Of a DNA stretch of 64,000 nt, positions 36,698 through 51,600 are shown in pieces. The position numbers and the translations under genes were made by a program. The DNA is from Ophelia neglecta. Lineage: Eukaryota. The stretch is taken from positions 77,748,001 through 77,812,000 of the forward strand of contig OZ260662.1 in NCBI GenBank assembly GCA_965285935.1, read 5' to 3'. Numbering within the stretch: the first letter of the stretch is position 1; each line of letters starts with the position of its first letter. The notes below the pieces were generated by a model. It was given only the letters and a program-made list of their open reading frames with translations, made no database searches and was not told the origin of the DNA.

Positions 36698-39600
36698 TAC
36701 ATATAAAGCACATCATTTAATATGATTTTAGCAGTGGCCTATAGCTGTCTCATCCTGGATAGACTAACGTGTTACTTAATATACAATACAATCTATTCTA
36801 AGTTATATACATATATATAAAGTATACCTACTTAATGGTCATGATTGTTTTCTTGGCAGCGTTAGCAATTTCTATGACATGTATACAAATCTACACTGAT
36901 AAGGATTATCGTTATAAGTATTAAAATGCATTTCAGTCTATAATTGCAGTCTGCAACATACAATTCTACATTACTTATATACATACCCATATAGCATAGC
37001 CTTGTATATAGATTAAATATATACAATGTCATTTGCATAGTTCATTTTACTCCTTTGTGGTTAATCTTAAGACCGGCGATTATCACCCGGCATAAAGGCC
37101 TAGTTGATATTTAATATTCAAACATGTTCTTGAATGAAATTGCCATCAATATATATCCCGCTTTGCATTGTACAATAAAATAACAAATAGTTTAGTAAAT
37201 AGCAATTGAACTTCTCAGCATGTATTAAATTGATATTTCCAATTCACCACTGGGATAATATTTTGAATTCGTTTTTGTTGTCGAGTGGCATCTAGCTTAA
37301 AGCATATCGATTTTCAATAGATTATCAATAGAGGTTTAATGCGGTAGATTACCATCTAATGCCAATTTAGACGAATTAATAGCTAAGCAGCTTTATAACC
37401 TGAGCTTGACCGTTGAAAGCGAATTTAGTACAAATCAAGATATGTCTTCGGTGGGCAATCAATACCTGGGTCTCTTTCTCGAATGTGAATTCATCGCCAT
37501 TTTCTCATGAAATCCTTTTCTTCTGGTAGAGGGGTGACACCCAGAAGATGATTAGAGGCGACAAAGTTACGCCATTTCAGCATGCATTATGAGTACTTAG
37601 GTGCCGGACAACGTTTTAATTGGCGGTTATTTGCGCAACAGCCGGTTGCGTAGGCTTCTGCTTTTAGGGTAGCAGACGATCGAGACTGGGCGGGAAATAA
37701 GAGACGGTGTTTTCGTTGTAGTTGGTAGAAATCTGAGCGTGTTCTGCTCCCCGGGAGCTGTCAGAAGATTGTCACGGGGTTCGAGACACGGCCATCAGAC
37801 GACTGACACTCTCTCATACACCCGGCATCAAATTTAACCCGCCATCAGCCCATCTCCTCTGTTTCCGACCAGAGCAATACCCCAAGAAACCAAATCTCGT
37901 GCGGGGTGCGATTTTTTAGCGAGATATCCACCAACAGCAGAATGTCCATTGTCCTGCGCAGTTGCTATTCAGATTGATCAGTGACAGGATGCTATACAGT
38001 TTTTGCAAATTTTTAGTGTCGTGTAATGAAAAGTTAAACTTAACCTGGCATAAAGAGTCTTATATTAATGGGAGGTATAGAGTTATTATCTCAATGGGTG
38101 CTCCGGATTGAATTTCGTCTCGGTGAAAATAATTCAAGAATCTCTGATTGGAATTCAAAAGAAGAGATATGTCTCCGTCAAAATCTGATCTCCTATACAT
38201 ATGGCGTAGCTCGATATATGGCTCTCAAACCTGTATGCTAAAATTTAAATTTGTATAGCGGACGTTTTTCCGTATTGTAATGCCTGGCAGGACTTCTATA
38301 AACCAAGGTTTTTTGTGTAGCTTTCGACCCGACGAGTAGTTATTTCATTGATTGAAACGCTATTACCTTTGCAACGTGTCAGATGTAACCAGTAACCCGG
38401 TGTTCTGCCATTGAAGACCAAAGATAAAACTCACATTTTCATTTCATAACAGTTGGGCCAATATTCATATACAAGCCAGGCACTAATACGACAATCATTT
38501 TATAGTCTTCATACGAGTTACTTGATATCGAATGCCCTTGTTTTGCTTTATAATTATCAAGTTAGGCCTATTATAGTCACTACAAAGTTACCGCTTGAGA
38601 TTGTATTAGTAGTCTAAACTTGACAGGGCTATATTTCTGTATGACAAAATCGAACTTGTGGGTGATTAAAGCACTTAGGAAAGTTTCAAAGTTGCGTGCT
38701 GGCTTGGATGACCGGGGCACGTATGAAAAGTTTAATACAAACAGTTCACTTATATTAGGAAACAGAATCAAGGAAATTGTCGCCTCGGCTAGATATAGAA
38801 ATTTATGACCACTAACTAGGCTCGTTTGTTGGACAAAAGGAAGATTCATATGTGTATATGATGGACGCATAATTACTTGGATGACATCCCTGCGGGAGGG
38901 GAGTGTCTGGGGGGACGCCTGCAGGAATCCCAGCCTGCCTTTGTCTGCTAAATTAAACATTGGCGAAAAACCGCCAATGGTTGCATTGTAAGACTCAAAC
39001 GGTATCACCCCAGGGGCTGGGTCTTCCTCCGTGGGAATCCTCCAGAATTTACCCCTACGTACTGAGCTTTGTCATCGCCGCACACAGACTACGTAACATG
39101 GAGAAAGTGCTGGCCTCTGATTAGGTAAATTACACGGTGATGAATAGGACTACTCACTGTAGCCGAATCTACAGAAGGGGGAGTTAGAGAAATCCTGGCC
39201 ATTTATCTGTGCCGCCTACCGCCTCTCGGGACATAACTCCTCTCAGGTGTTGTTTGCTTTGATCTGTCCTGCTCTGTTGTCAGCAACAGGTAACTCGGCG
39301 AGCTCGTGGTGAGCTCGCGGAAGGCCGAGCAGCGGCTCTCTATGGCTCCCCTGGAGAAGCCCCGAGAAAGACAGCAATCCTCCCGGAGGTTACCTTCTAC
39401 TTCTAGGCGAGCCGGGCAATTAGCTCAGCAAGAACTTACCGTGTTGTAACCCCAGGGGCGCGGCTTGCCATAAGATCTTTGAGCACTAATAATCATCTCT
39501 GGCTTAATCAATCCTTCACCAGCCCTTTGATATTGTTACTAAATTGAGGTAACAGACGCTAATTTCACTCCTTTGTAAACTGTCATCTATATTGGATTTG

Positions 39601-42600
39601 GCTCACTGCTGACCAGTCATAGTCAGGCTGTTGCAATAATCAGATGCATGCAGCAGAGAAACGGGTAGGCTACTGCTGAATCGCGCAGTGAAGGCAATGT
39701 TCTTCTTCTTCTTTGTCGTCTGCCCAGTAGAACAAACATGGTGGAATCAAATTGGAAACAAGGCGAAACAAATATTTATTTTTTTATTGCAGCCGTGAGA
39801 CGCCGATGTTCATTTTGAAGAGTAGCAATTGTGTGTCATTTGGACAATTCTTGACAATTTATCTGCCCAATGTCCCTCCAATTTGAGATTTAAATTTAAG
39901 TTTGTAATACAACGTATTTTCGTGTGGTTGTTGATTTATAGAAAATATTTGAATGCCCGATAGGAAAAAAATTCATTTTAAGGAGTATTTAATCGGATGT
40001 CTTATTATCCGTTTTACTGGTAACAATAAGGAGAGTGCATGTGACAAATCACGAAAACATACAGTTGCAACTCATGTGCATTGTACAATTATGTGCAGGT
40101 AGTCATGAGTGGTTGTTAGAGTGTAATTCGTGTGTAATCAGTTAGAATTAACAGAATGGAAAGGCAAAACATGAGTACAATCACTATCGCCTAGCAAGTA
40201 GTTTCATTGACACTGCCACCACCGTATGATGAACTTTTTCTCGACGGGAGGCAGACCACGTCCTGTGTTTGTCCATTGTGTTCGTGCGCGAGGGATGCGT
40301 AGCGTGAAAGTAGTCCGGCACAATGGCAGAAACGTCCCGCGGTTGGACACCCGCTTCCTGCTGTTCGCCCATTGAAATCCGCTGATTCGTATTTTTCCTC
40401 GACATGTCAATGTCCAAATCGCTACCGCGTGATGCTTGTAAGCATGAAAGCAGGATACATAAATCAATGTTCAGGCATATCTGACAGCGACTCAGATTGG
40501 CAACCATAAACGGAATAACTTTCCATTTTTATAGAATCACAGCGTGAAAAATGTAGTCGAAGCTCGGGGGATAAATTAGAGAGCAGAATAACAACCACAA
40601 TGTCCATTTTGTTTGAAAAAATGGGCAAGCCATTTACACCGATGTCACATGCGGGCAGGGATTGAAAGGCGCTCTAATGTAGTGGCTTAATTACTGCGAT
40701 GTCACTTTAATTGAGCACTTCATCACATGTACAAAAACATGTTCAGTAGGTACATTAATTCATGGACCGACAATCATGCGATTTTACCTTGTTATATCGA
40801 TCTGCATAGAAACTTTCTTTTCTAAATGACCGGTCTCAGATTGAACTGTTTTCGCGCCTTTTATTTTGACAGTACTTTGCAATATTAAGTTATAAACAAC
40901 ATGTCAGCTATCAAGCCAATAATTCATCAAAATAATTCAAAATAATGTCACTTAATTGTATTATACTCACATGCACAATACATGCATCTAGAATAATCAC
41001 GACATTTCTTTGAATGCAGTTAAGTAATTTACGGCTAAAATCCGTGAGTTCAACTGATCCTGAAAAATATGCAGGATTTCCAAATTATTTTCCTTCATTT
41101 ATTTGTCCGCATACGCTATAGCAATTAACCTCAAAGAATTCCTCCTCGAACAAAATATATATCAATATTAGAATTCCAAGCCTGTAGACACTCAGGATAT
41201 GAAAGACACCTAGGCTAATTTAAGAGTAATTATTCTCTCTCTATAGCATAGGCCTAGGCAATAAAATAAAGAAATGGAAACCCATAGCTAAAACTCCTAC
41301 ATATAACTCAATTGGATATAGGTACGTACAAACTCGCAGAGGCCTAGGGAGTTTACTTTCAAATTGACATTTTTCTGTATTTTCTCTATGATAGTATGCC
41401 TACAATGTATACATTATTTAAGCCTACATAGGTATGTAAGGGGCGTGGAACCGTTTTACATGACTATACCAACCCCTTCTGTGACAATTAGATTTCGTTT
41501 ATTGGTAGTTGTACGATTACAGAGATATTGTCTTTGATCTTTGTAGTTTTCATCGCGTGTTTAGTACCATTTATACCTCACAGTGGCGCGTCTTTGTTTT
41601 CTTTCACCACTGCTTTCTATAACAATATCCCAAATCCTAATTTACGCCACTTTTTGTTTTATTGGGGAAAACAAACCACCGTGTTATTAACAACTCCAAT
41701 TATATTTAGCACAGCTTTAAATGAGATTTCTCTGATCGCCTCCCCTATTCAAGTCTAAGCTAATTAGACTGGTATTGTTTTTCGACGCTGTTTCCGCCCG
41801 ATCAGCGTTGTCCATATTAGCGGCCATATTACCTGTAGTAATGTTGAAACTGGATATCATAATGAGGCGGTTATTGGCGGAAGCTGCGCTCGGGAATCGC
41901 TCTGCCACTCCCCATTAAATCAGACCCTCTTAACACAATCAGCGAGGCTGTAGAAGCTCGAGGGAACACCAGGACAACATTTGATAGGGCTTCTTAATCG
42001 GATAATGTGCTGCTTTTGACAGCACACTTAGTGTCGTCTGCCTTTAATATCCTCCCGGTTATGACATTACAATTGTTCGGGTCTTCCGCCCAACAAATAT
42101 TTTACCGAATATTTGTATAGCTGCGTCTCTAAATAGTGCACCCACGCGTCTGAGTTATGTTGAAATTATAGAAGGAATGAAATTCAATCTCCTTTTTATT
42201 CTGGGTTGTTAGCTAGCCGTCTTACACGTATGTGTCATCCAGGGCCTGGTTAGGGAATGTTCTGCATCTTGGTGACATCAAGACTACATAAAATGTTACT
42301 GTTTAACATCAAGCAGGCCTTCATCAGACGAATATTGAAGTTTTTTGATGAAAAAGATATACACAACTAACCAATTGGACCATCTCGTTATTTTTTTATT
42401 CAAAAGAGAACTTTCGATACTAACATACGATCCATAGCCTGGGGAATAATATTATGACGGTGTTAAAATTAGCGCCATGTAAAATTCGGCGCCAAATCCA
42501 AAGTCAATTTTTATTGTTGCTATTCAAACTGTGGATGTGTCAGGTGCATCTTCCCTTTCTGCCAAAACGAGCTGGTGAGAAATCAAGTCCCCGTCTCGGT

Positions 42601-45600
42601 AATGATGCTTATTACACGAAAAGTACTTCAGAGATAAAATCGCTACTACTTTGTTCATAGGCGTCAAACAATTTGTGGCAATTTGTCGGCCATTGTATGC
42701 GTCATTGTTTCGCCGTGACATGCATGGATGACGTAATGATGACACATATTTGGTACAAGTTGTTGTCACAGAGAAAGGCATCGGCCTGGTGTCCAGACAC
42801 AAACTCTACACCGATAACAATCAACAATACCTCGGTCAAGGACCTCTTCAGGTCTGAATGACTCATTGAAAGTCAAGGTGTGATGATTCAGGTTGAATAG
42901 CACCCGCTAAATGTCAACTATGTTAAGATTCCTATCTTTGTTTGATAAGCCTTCAGTTGATCATACATATTTAATTTTGCCTATAATAATATCATGGGCT
43001 TAATATTACCATAGTCTCAACCAGTCAACTTAATTGACCTTCTGATATTTTTGTAAATACATTTTGGCCTATAAGAAGACAATTGTGGAATAGCCACCTT
43101 ACTAATATTGCCTATGTAGGCTACTCGAAAAATTTGAAACTGTAAAAATATTTTGAGGTAGGTAGGACTTTAAGTAGCTAACATGTACGTATAGCATGTC
43201 AGACTCCTTCAGCATTTATTTTAGACTTAATTTATGGAGAGAATGTAAAGTCAATATATTGTACCCCCAAAAAACCTAGTCCATGTTAACTACAACCTCA
43301 CTCGGCCTGAGAGAACTCAGAAGTTGACCTGGCTTAGAATGTGGGGCTCTTACGTTTGTGGAATGAGGTTCATTATACATTGAGCATCGACATATTTTAT
43401 AGGAATGCTACATTAATATTAACATACACTGTCCATATTTATCATTATCATTGTTTGTCATCGCCACCAGATCGTGACAAAAGTCATAAGATATTTTAAT
43501 CTAAGGGGTTTCTAGGTTGCACATATTGAAATTTATTCCTATTAATCCAGTAAAAAAATTTAGTATAGAATATGTCATACACGCCTAATCTATCTATGCA
43601 AGAATAATGAAAACATTTTGATAACATTGTACAGATAAAGTATGGGTCACCTGTGCATACGCGTGCAATGTGTAGGCCTTACATTCATGTTATTAGATTT
43701 CAGCCACAAAACAGATGTGACAGATTCATAAGCCAGATGCCTTGGGAAAATGATAAATACGAACTTAATATTGTATTTTGCTCTTACAAGCAACAACAAT
43801 ATGCCTGTCGCTACACTAGTGTGACCGATATATTTCTCATCTCAACATCGTCCATTTCCTTCTGGAATTCCCGGATCCCATTCCACAAGATATTTGACAT
43901 ATTTTATTAAATGTATCCAATGAATAATGTATTTATGGGCCTGGAGAATGGTCAAATAAACTGCTCAAATGAATTATGCCGAATGGCAAGGGATGCAATA
44001 CAAAAAATAATGTATTTATACGCCCTTTTAATGGGTTTCTAAACCAAAACAATGAAGGTCTTACGTTCATTGTGGCAAACCACCGGGAATAATCAACATG
44101 TATGATATACGTTATATACACAACTCCCTGCTGACTTCTATGCATATTTACCTAATATGCATTCGTATCAGATTGAACCCATTACAAAACTCTTGTCGGG
44201 TTGAAGCCAGTTTGGTTTTGTACGACAGGGTCCCCACCTGCGCCCAGACGACCCTATGCCCCCAAAACACACGTGCACTTACATACACCCACTGTCGCTG
44301 TCACTCTTTCACAATCTAATCTGTAATTTATAAGATGGTTAGGTTTTAGGCCAAAGAGTGAATTTTCCTAATTTCCTGTCCTTTCACATGAGCAAACACC
44401 GTGCAAATTAGGAACAGTTCAATTCTTACGTTTCAATTCAAGAGAGTTATAAACAATTCATCACAGTGGTTGATTCGGTCGATAGTAATCAAAGTAGATA
44501 CCAATTCAAAATAAAATCGGGTGGCCTGTCAATTTTTCCCATTTTAGCGTCGTTTTGATGAAGCTAATTGTCCATTTCTTGCCCATTTTTCTTTCGAAGA
44601 AGGCCGGCCCACATTACCCCACCGAAATACAATCTCATTTATCTAAACCACACACTTGGTAATTGACTTTTTACAAGGTAGGGCAAACTTCAAAAACACC
44701 TAGGACTAAAGTAATTGCAGCCTATCTGGAGCTCTATTGCCTGCCTTGTGACGTGGTAATTAAGGGTACAGGGTTTCCCATCCACCCAACCAATACCCCT
44801 GTGGGGCTTAATAAGAGAAACGAGAAGTTAAAGGTCGAAAATGAGCTACTTCTGTGGTTATTGTACCTATTGGGTCGACTTTGGCCGCAAAATCTGAAGC
44901 ATTTTTATAAAACAGATGAACATGTAATAATTGTATAGGGTATGCACAATCATTTACATGATATAATTATGATGTAAATCGTTCAATGGACATTTTTTAT
45001 TTCAACTTTTAAAGACTAAATTGAGGATTTTGCTTGTTGAAAACATCCCACTTTTAATCCCATATTGATGCAGAATTTTGAATTTAAATCCAATGTAGTC
45101 TACTGGTGGAAAATATGTGATACTGCTAAGTATGGACAAACGCCAAGAAGGTCATATCTTGTGTCACATTGAGAAATTGGTTTTAATGTTTAAATATGAA
45201 CTCACCTTAATTTGCTCTCACATAATGATCATCAGGTGAACATATAATGGAAAAGTGACAATTCCTTTACAATCTGCCCCCAACCTTTGATCTTATTGAG
45301 GAGGGGTCTTTAGAGAGAACAATGTAATTTACCACCTTCATGGCAAAATAAAGACGTATCTTATTTCTAAGAGCTGCTTCCTTTTGCTGTTTATTCAGTT
45401 ATGAAGTGTCGAATGCTTGAAAAATGGTGATGGTTCTACACAGATGGAGACAAATGGGAAAGAAAGGGGTAAATGAGGGTAAGTTGCTGGAGGGTAGCGG
45501 AGTATCATGGCCGGGTTAGTAGAGGAATGTGCCCCCGAGCCTTGCACACCTGGCCCGTGTGTACTGGCAACAACTAGAAGGAGGAACCGGGATGAGCAGG

Positions 45601-48600
45601 GCAACTACCGTGACTGTTACGCCAGTCGTCGTTAGCAGACAGACGGGGGGGGGGGGGGGTGATTGCCAATAATCACTGTATCTCTACCACGTGTTTGGCC
45701 TTAGAATGTTTAATTAGGAATCTTGACTCATAAGCTTGACAGGCAAAAGTAGATAAAAGCCAAAAGAACGGAGATTTTAAAATGAAGTAGTATAATTGGA
45801 GGAACATTGAAATGCACAGGTACATTAGTTGACACATTTTAGGAGTTTGTGATCAAGTCTTAGTACTGAGCGTACTGTGTACAATTTAGAAACCATTTCA
45901 TTCAATAACCAGCTCAGTTTGATATCTGTACAAAGAGAGCAGCGCTAAGCCTTAAGGTTGTACAAGGAAGGTAGGGCCTAACTTTAAGAAACGACTGTAT
46001 TGAATAAGATAAAGTCGGATATATTAATCAAAGTTTACCAACATCCCCCCGTTGATTTGTCCCTATAATTGCTGCACCTGTAGCCCCCAAAACAGTGCAA
46101 CACCTGTGTGTTAGTGGAGCAAACCCGAGATTGTAACACTAACTACTCAATATATTACCAGCTAAAGAAATATGGGGTTCAGATTTCTTCGCTAGTACTT
46201 AAATTACACACAGCTGTATATAGCATGCAGGTGGAGTCACCGGTGTATGAAGTTGGTACTGTTTTCTTAAAGTTGTTGTTATGGGAATTTACGCGTTTTA
46301 TCTACTGAAAATGAACAAAAATTGATAATTGGTAAGATAGCGCATTTAGCGAAACAAATTTCAGTTGAAAAAAGCAATTTAAAGTGAAGCCAGTTATTTC
46401 TCGAGATTCTTTATATTCTTTTGGTAAAACTGAAGAAAGTGAAAGCTTAATTTTCTTAAGAAATTATTTGTTAATATCGCATGCAAGCTGCTGTTTTTTG
46501 AGAGAGAAACAAATTGGCCACCAAGGCATTTTGGGTTTTTCTTTCAAATTATAGTAATGAAAAAAATCTGAAAAAAAGATAGAGAATGTGTTGATGAAAT
46601 ACGACAGGTACACGTGTTCTCGAGTCCAAATCATCACAAACATAAATACGCTGCCATTCAGGACCATCCAAATGAAGCTAATTTCGTTGAGCGTTATCCT
46701 TCTTTACAAAAAACTGGAAATTGAAGCTTAATAGTTACTAACACAGGTCAAATGCGCCCCAAATGGAGGTCTCAAATATCAAAGTTGAACGTTCTGGCGT
46801 GTAATAGCTGTGCCGTGAAAGGGTCTCGTCTGTAACTTGCTCCATACATTAAAGATGGCTGGGGAACCCCCACGTTCATCTTCTGGTGGCCATCGGGAAG
46901 ACATCCACCTCGTGTCGACTCTACAGGAGCTAGCTATCACCTGCTTGCCGGGACGTCTCCCACAACCTGCAGGATAGCGGCCATGTCATCTGGCAGTGCT
47001 TGTCAGGGCACCAGCTACAGACAAACAAATACAACACTTGAACCTCTTAAGTCCGATGCATATTAAACAGGACTCAAAACAAAGACCAATGCATATTTAT
47101 TGATACTTTCTTGTCTTTTGTTAAAGAGTACAGGCCAACATATTCATTTTCATAAAACAAACTGCAAGACCTCCGTTAACTAGGGCAGTGTTTTTACTCC
47201 GAACCCTCTGCCTGGATTTTGCTGATATTTTTTTATAACTGATATGGCTGATGGGGCAATCCAGAATAAAAGCTTAAATGATAACTCATGCTGGTATTGG
47301 TACAGGATTAGGGCTGATAACCTACTTTATAAATGTATAGGCCTAGGTCTATTAGGCCTATACATCTTTTCCATGACGTCAATGTTGAATATATGCCTGA
47401 CTATTGACTCATATTGAGACTGCACGCCTCAATCGGTTTCGTCGCGCTGAGCTAGTGCAATTCAATTTCCTCGACATACCGGACATGTTTTTTTATGAGA
47501 AATTGGCCAATGTCGTGATGTAGTACAATATATTATAGTATAGCTGCTCAATCCCCCAGGAGACCCTCGCTGTAGTTTTTGCGTTTCCCACCATTTCCCA
47601 CGAGCAGGTGAACTCCGTCATGTCTGGTTGCTCTTTTTAGTTCCAGATTGCTCTCGACGGCCATAGACTTCATCACTCACACAGAGATGAAGTTATGTTC
47701 ATGTGGAGCAGGAGAAGTAATCTAATTAAAAATACAAAATGTCTAAAAGGTCGGGCAGTCATGCTACGTCCTACCAGCTTGTGACAGCGAAAATGATTTT
47801 ATGCCAATCCCAAACCGCGTGACACGTAAGTTGATCTCGCGAGACGACGAGATTCTCGTCGTTAATCCGGGTGATTTACACGTCGTTGACACCCGGATGC
47901 TGGCACGGGGTAACCGTGGGAGTGGGGTGTTAACTTGACCTTTGAACCCCCACGACCTACGTCCAGGGCACAACGAGTCGACCATTAACAACTGACGAGC
48001 ATATGTCACCTAAACACGGTAAAATAAGCCATCAAATATCTTGAGTGAATTAAGAAAATATGCTGCTTGAGTTAGTCTCAGTATTTGATGGTGTGTTTTA
48101 AAGAAATTTCAGGGTGCAGAAAAGGAGGAGATTGGCAGTTGCCTCTGGCTAAATACACAGTGAGGGAGCTTTCCCATGAGGTCTAACCAAGATATATGTC
48201 TAACAGGAGTTATCAAAATTAATAACAGATATAAGATCTCTGTCATTGTCATCATTTCGTACTGCAACCGTTATTTTCAAAACGTCATACAATTGGACCT
48301 AGCGCTATACATATTTATAGATATTTGTGTTCATATTTTAGTTAATAGGCCTATTTGGATTGTGGTTTTAAAGTCACTGATTTGCTTTTCTTATAATATG
48401 AGCGATCAGTGATATTGTCATATTTCATCATTAATTTTCATTGCAGTTTTTTGGGGTATACCCTATTAAATGCTTTAACACAAATTGAAATAAAGATTGA
48501 CTGTTAATATTTCACATAAATTTAGGGCCTAGTACTTTACTAAGCATCTTTCTTGAGGAAAAACCAAATGCAGTTGTTCAATGAACTTAAATATTTTCTT

Positions 48601-51600
48601 TTTTTTTTGGCAGATGATTTTGCCAATTTAACTTTGGCCTCATTTTAACATACAATCATGTTTCATATTCTCTCTATCTCTGAAATATCACAAGGCTTCG
48701 ACCTCCTACCTTTCCCTATTAATATAGTTTCTAAAATAGACATTAAATCTAGCATTGAATAACTAGTCATATAATTATGCCCTATTGAAATGGAGAAGAT
48801 GGTGTTCTGAAGAGAGAATTCGTGTTGAAGGAATATATTATGCATTAGTATTATACCATGCCATTAAAGAAATGTATAGACACACTGCTTCAGTTTGTTG
48901 TAAAAGTGACACGATATCCATCGCATTACATGGTATACGGTCGGTCAGATAACACTAAACTCCTAAATATTTCTCAGTGTTTGGGTAATTAATTATGATG
49001 TTGGTAAATCTAGGTGTAAAGTGATATGATGTAAGTTGATTTTCCGCCCGGGAATATGGCATGTGCCTGCCATCCAATCTCACACAGTGGTTGACAGGTC
49101 CGATATAGGCAATACCCTGTCAAGGAGAAATGCCACTAATGCCATTGGACTAATATTTAATGACTGTATATTAATCTGGATGAATATCCTAATTATCTGA
49201 ATTATGCACTTCCCGGAGCCAGGTTATTATTGATAGGTCCACCATGTCATTTTTCATCTTGTGACAATTGACAGCTTTGTACGTAGACAGAGCTTGATTG
49301 GTTGCCAATTTGGATTAAGCTAATTTTTCAGTAATCCCAGTTTAAGAACCTTAATCTACGTCAATGTATATAATAACTTATCCTTTAAAATCTTGACTTA
49401 AAACAGAAATTGTAAGAAATTGATATTCCAATAACTATGAAGTTAATGAAGACTATTGACAAAATCCAATTCAATTGAAGGGGTTATGCTGTCAGTTTAT
49501 TTCTGTACATCTGCTGAGTAATCACACATTATAATGGCAGAGCTCGTTAGACGCCAAACGCACCTCCCCATGCATATAGGCCTACTGCCTGTTTCCTTCA
49601 ATCGAGTTTCATTGTTTTCCTTTTCCTGTTTCTGAGTTGTGACTTGCAAAGTCTGGTTTCACATATGATGGCAAGACGGCGGAGTTGTCGGCTACAATTA
49701 ACTGCCATGGTCAGCGGGATTTCTGCCCGGGTCAACTCAATTTAGCGAAAAAATGACAGGATTTTTGACATGAGCGACAGGCGAGAAGCTGGCTAGCAGA
49801 CGACCGGGCCAAGCCCCGGCATCCCCGGGGTTACAACACGTGTGTTTGATTTGGCGCGCTAATTTAGTCGTTGAAATGAACCGAGGTTGCGGGCTGCAAT
49901 TTTGGAGTGTAGCTATCGCCGAGATAATTGAAGTTGAAAAGCCGTGCAGATTGCTACAAGAATTCTACTCTCGTGGTTTTACGCGTTGAATTCTCTCAAA
50001 TGTGTGACACGTCTCAATTTTCGCTCACCTAACTTGATCCGAGAGAGCTATGCTGGGATATTTAACGCGTGTAAGACGAGGGGTATTGCACCGTAGCCCG
50101 CTGCTTTGTGGGGGAACAGGTCCGATGAAGGAGGAGGAATCTCACTGAACCTCTTAACGACCGCCCAAAGCACCCTGCTTACAAAACACCGGGGTGGAAA
50201 GCGACCATGAAATATGGAAGGAAAACTCAAACTTATTATAAACTTAATATCTTTTGCAGTAAAATTAGAGCGGAAGTGTCATGCATGTCATCATAGGATC
50301 CCTCGACATGCCCGCAGTGCTACCGTCATTTTTGACAACCTGAAATATTGAAAATTAAATGTTTAAGATAAGGCTGGCTTGAAATTCAGCTGCGTCCACC
50401 CTTTAAGTCATCTTGGTGTTATTATCAAATTGTTGTTTTTCTTTGTACAATAGATTCATTTGACTATTATCTCCACTTCTGGGTAGTTTTGAAAAGAAAG
50501 CTTAAAGATTTAACAGGTCAATTTAAATAATAGTCTGGGTACCAAATTGCCTTTCATAAGTTCTCAAAACGACAAAGAACTTTTGGTAAATTCAGTGTCT
50601 TCCGGAGGGCTAAAATCAACAGTGAAACTATAGCTTGTCTAATTGTCGTACAAGGTAGTTGGTACAGGTGTTAAAATCGACCCCGGAGCACCACACTTAA
50701 TTACACATCTCAAAACAATTTAACGTGTCAAAGCCGTGTTTTGATTGTCAACTTGGTATTATCATAATTATCAACCTTATAAAGTAACTGACTTTCCTGA
50801 ACGGTTCTTCTTTATTTCTCCTTAATTAGTGTAGCAATTTCCTTCAGGGATCTTTTATTACTATAGTTAGTTGTTCCATGAAAAAGTACGGGTATTGTTT
50901 GGTTGGTGACATGGAGACTTCCGCTCCCACCATGCTGAAGACACCGTCTTCAGATTCAGGGAAGACATTAATGACAATTAATGTTCTGTGGTGTACTGTG
51001 TCCATTATATAGCGTTTCCGACTGTTTACAGATAGAGGTAGTAGCGAGAGCGAATTGTTTCCTTTGCTCGAGGCCACGTGACGGTGAAACTATATGAACC
51101 CATCGAGGGGATCGCAGCAAGAGCTGGGGGATCACAGAGACCAAAACAGTTTCGGAGGAGAAAAACACGCTTTGTTGGGGCTAATCTACTAGACCGCATG
51201 GAGATCTGCATATCAACAAGGCAAAGATTCCTTTTATCCGAGAGTTGATCCATATTCACGCTGTCGTCGTCTCGCCCGAGGCTTCCTTTGTAAATAAAGT
51301 TGACCTCAGACAGCGAGCTTCGGTTGTGGATCACAGCGAAGTCGGAACCAACTTTATTACTTCATATACCGCGATGGGCTTCGGGCGAATGCTATTTTCA
51401 TTCAGGCAGTTAAAATTAAAATTGCTATAGATTTTTGTCAAAGATGAGATTTTTGTACAAGCGTTCATGCTTGTGGTGTATGTAAATGACATTCAGAAAG
51501 GCATTGAATCAGTGCCGTACAAGTCGTATTGACAAACGGTTGTTTTATATTAAAATCTCAAAAAGCAATATCTGCACGCCTATTCGAAACCACTAAGTCT

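Noticed and set aside
38580-39008. 142-aa minus-strand ORF and other 60-125 aa ORFs in the desert (e.g. 25877..26212, 40184..40507, 51026..51334)
   Set aside because: No recognisable domains, mostly non-ATG starts, no coherent splice chain; lengths compatible with chance.
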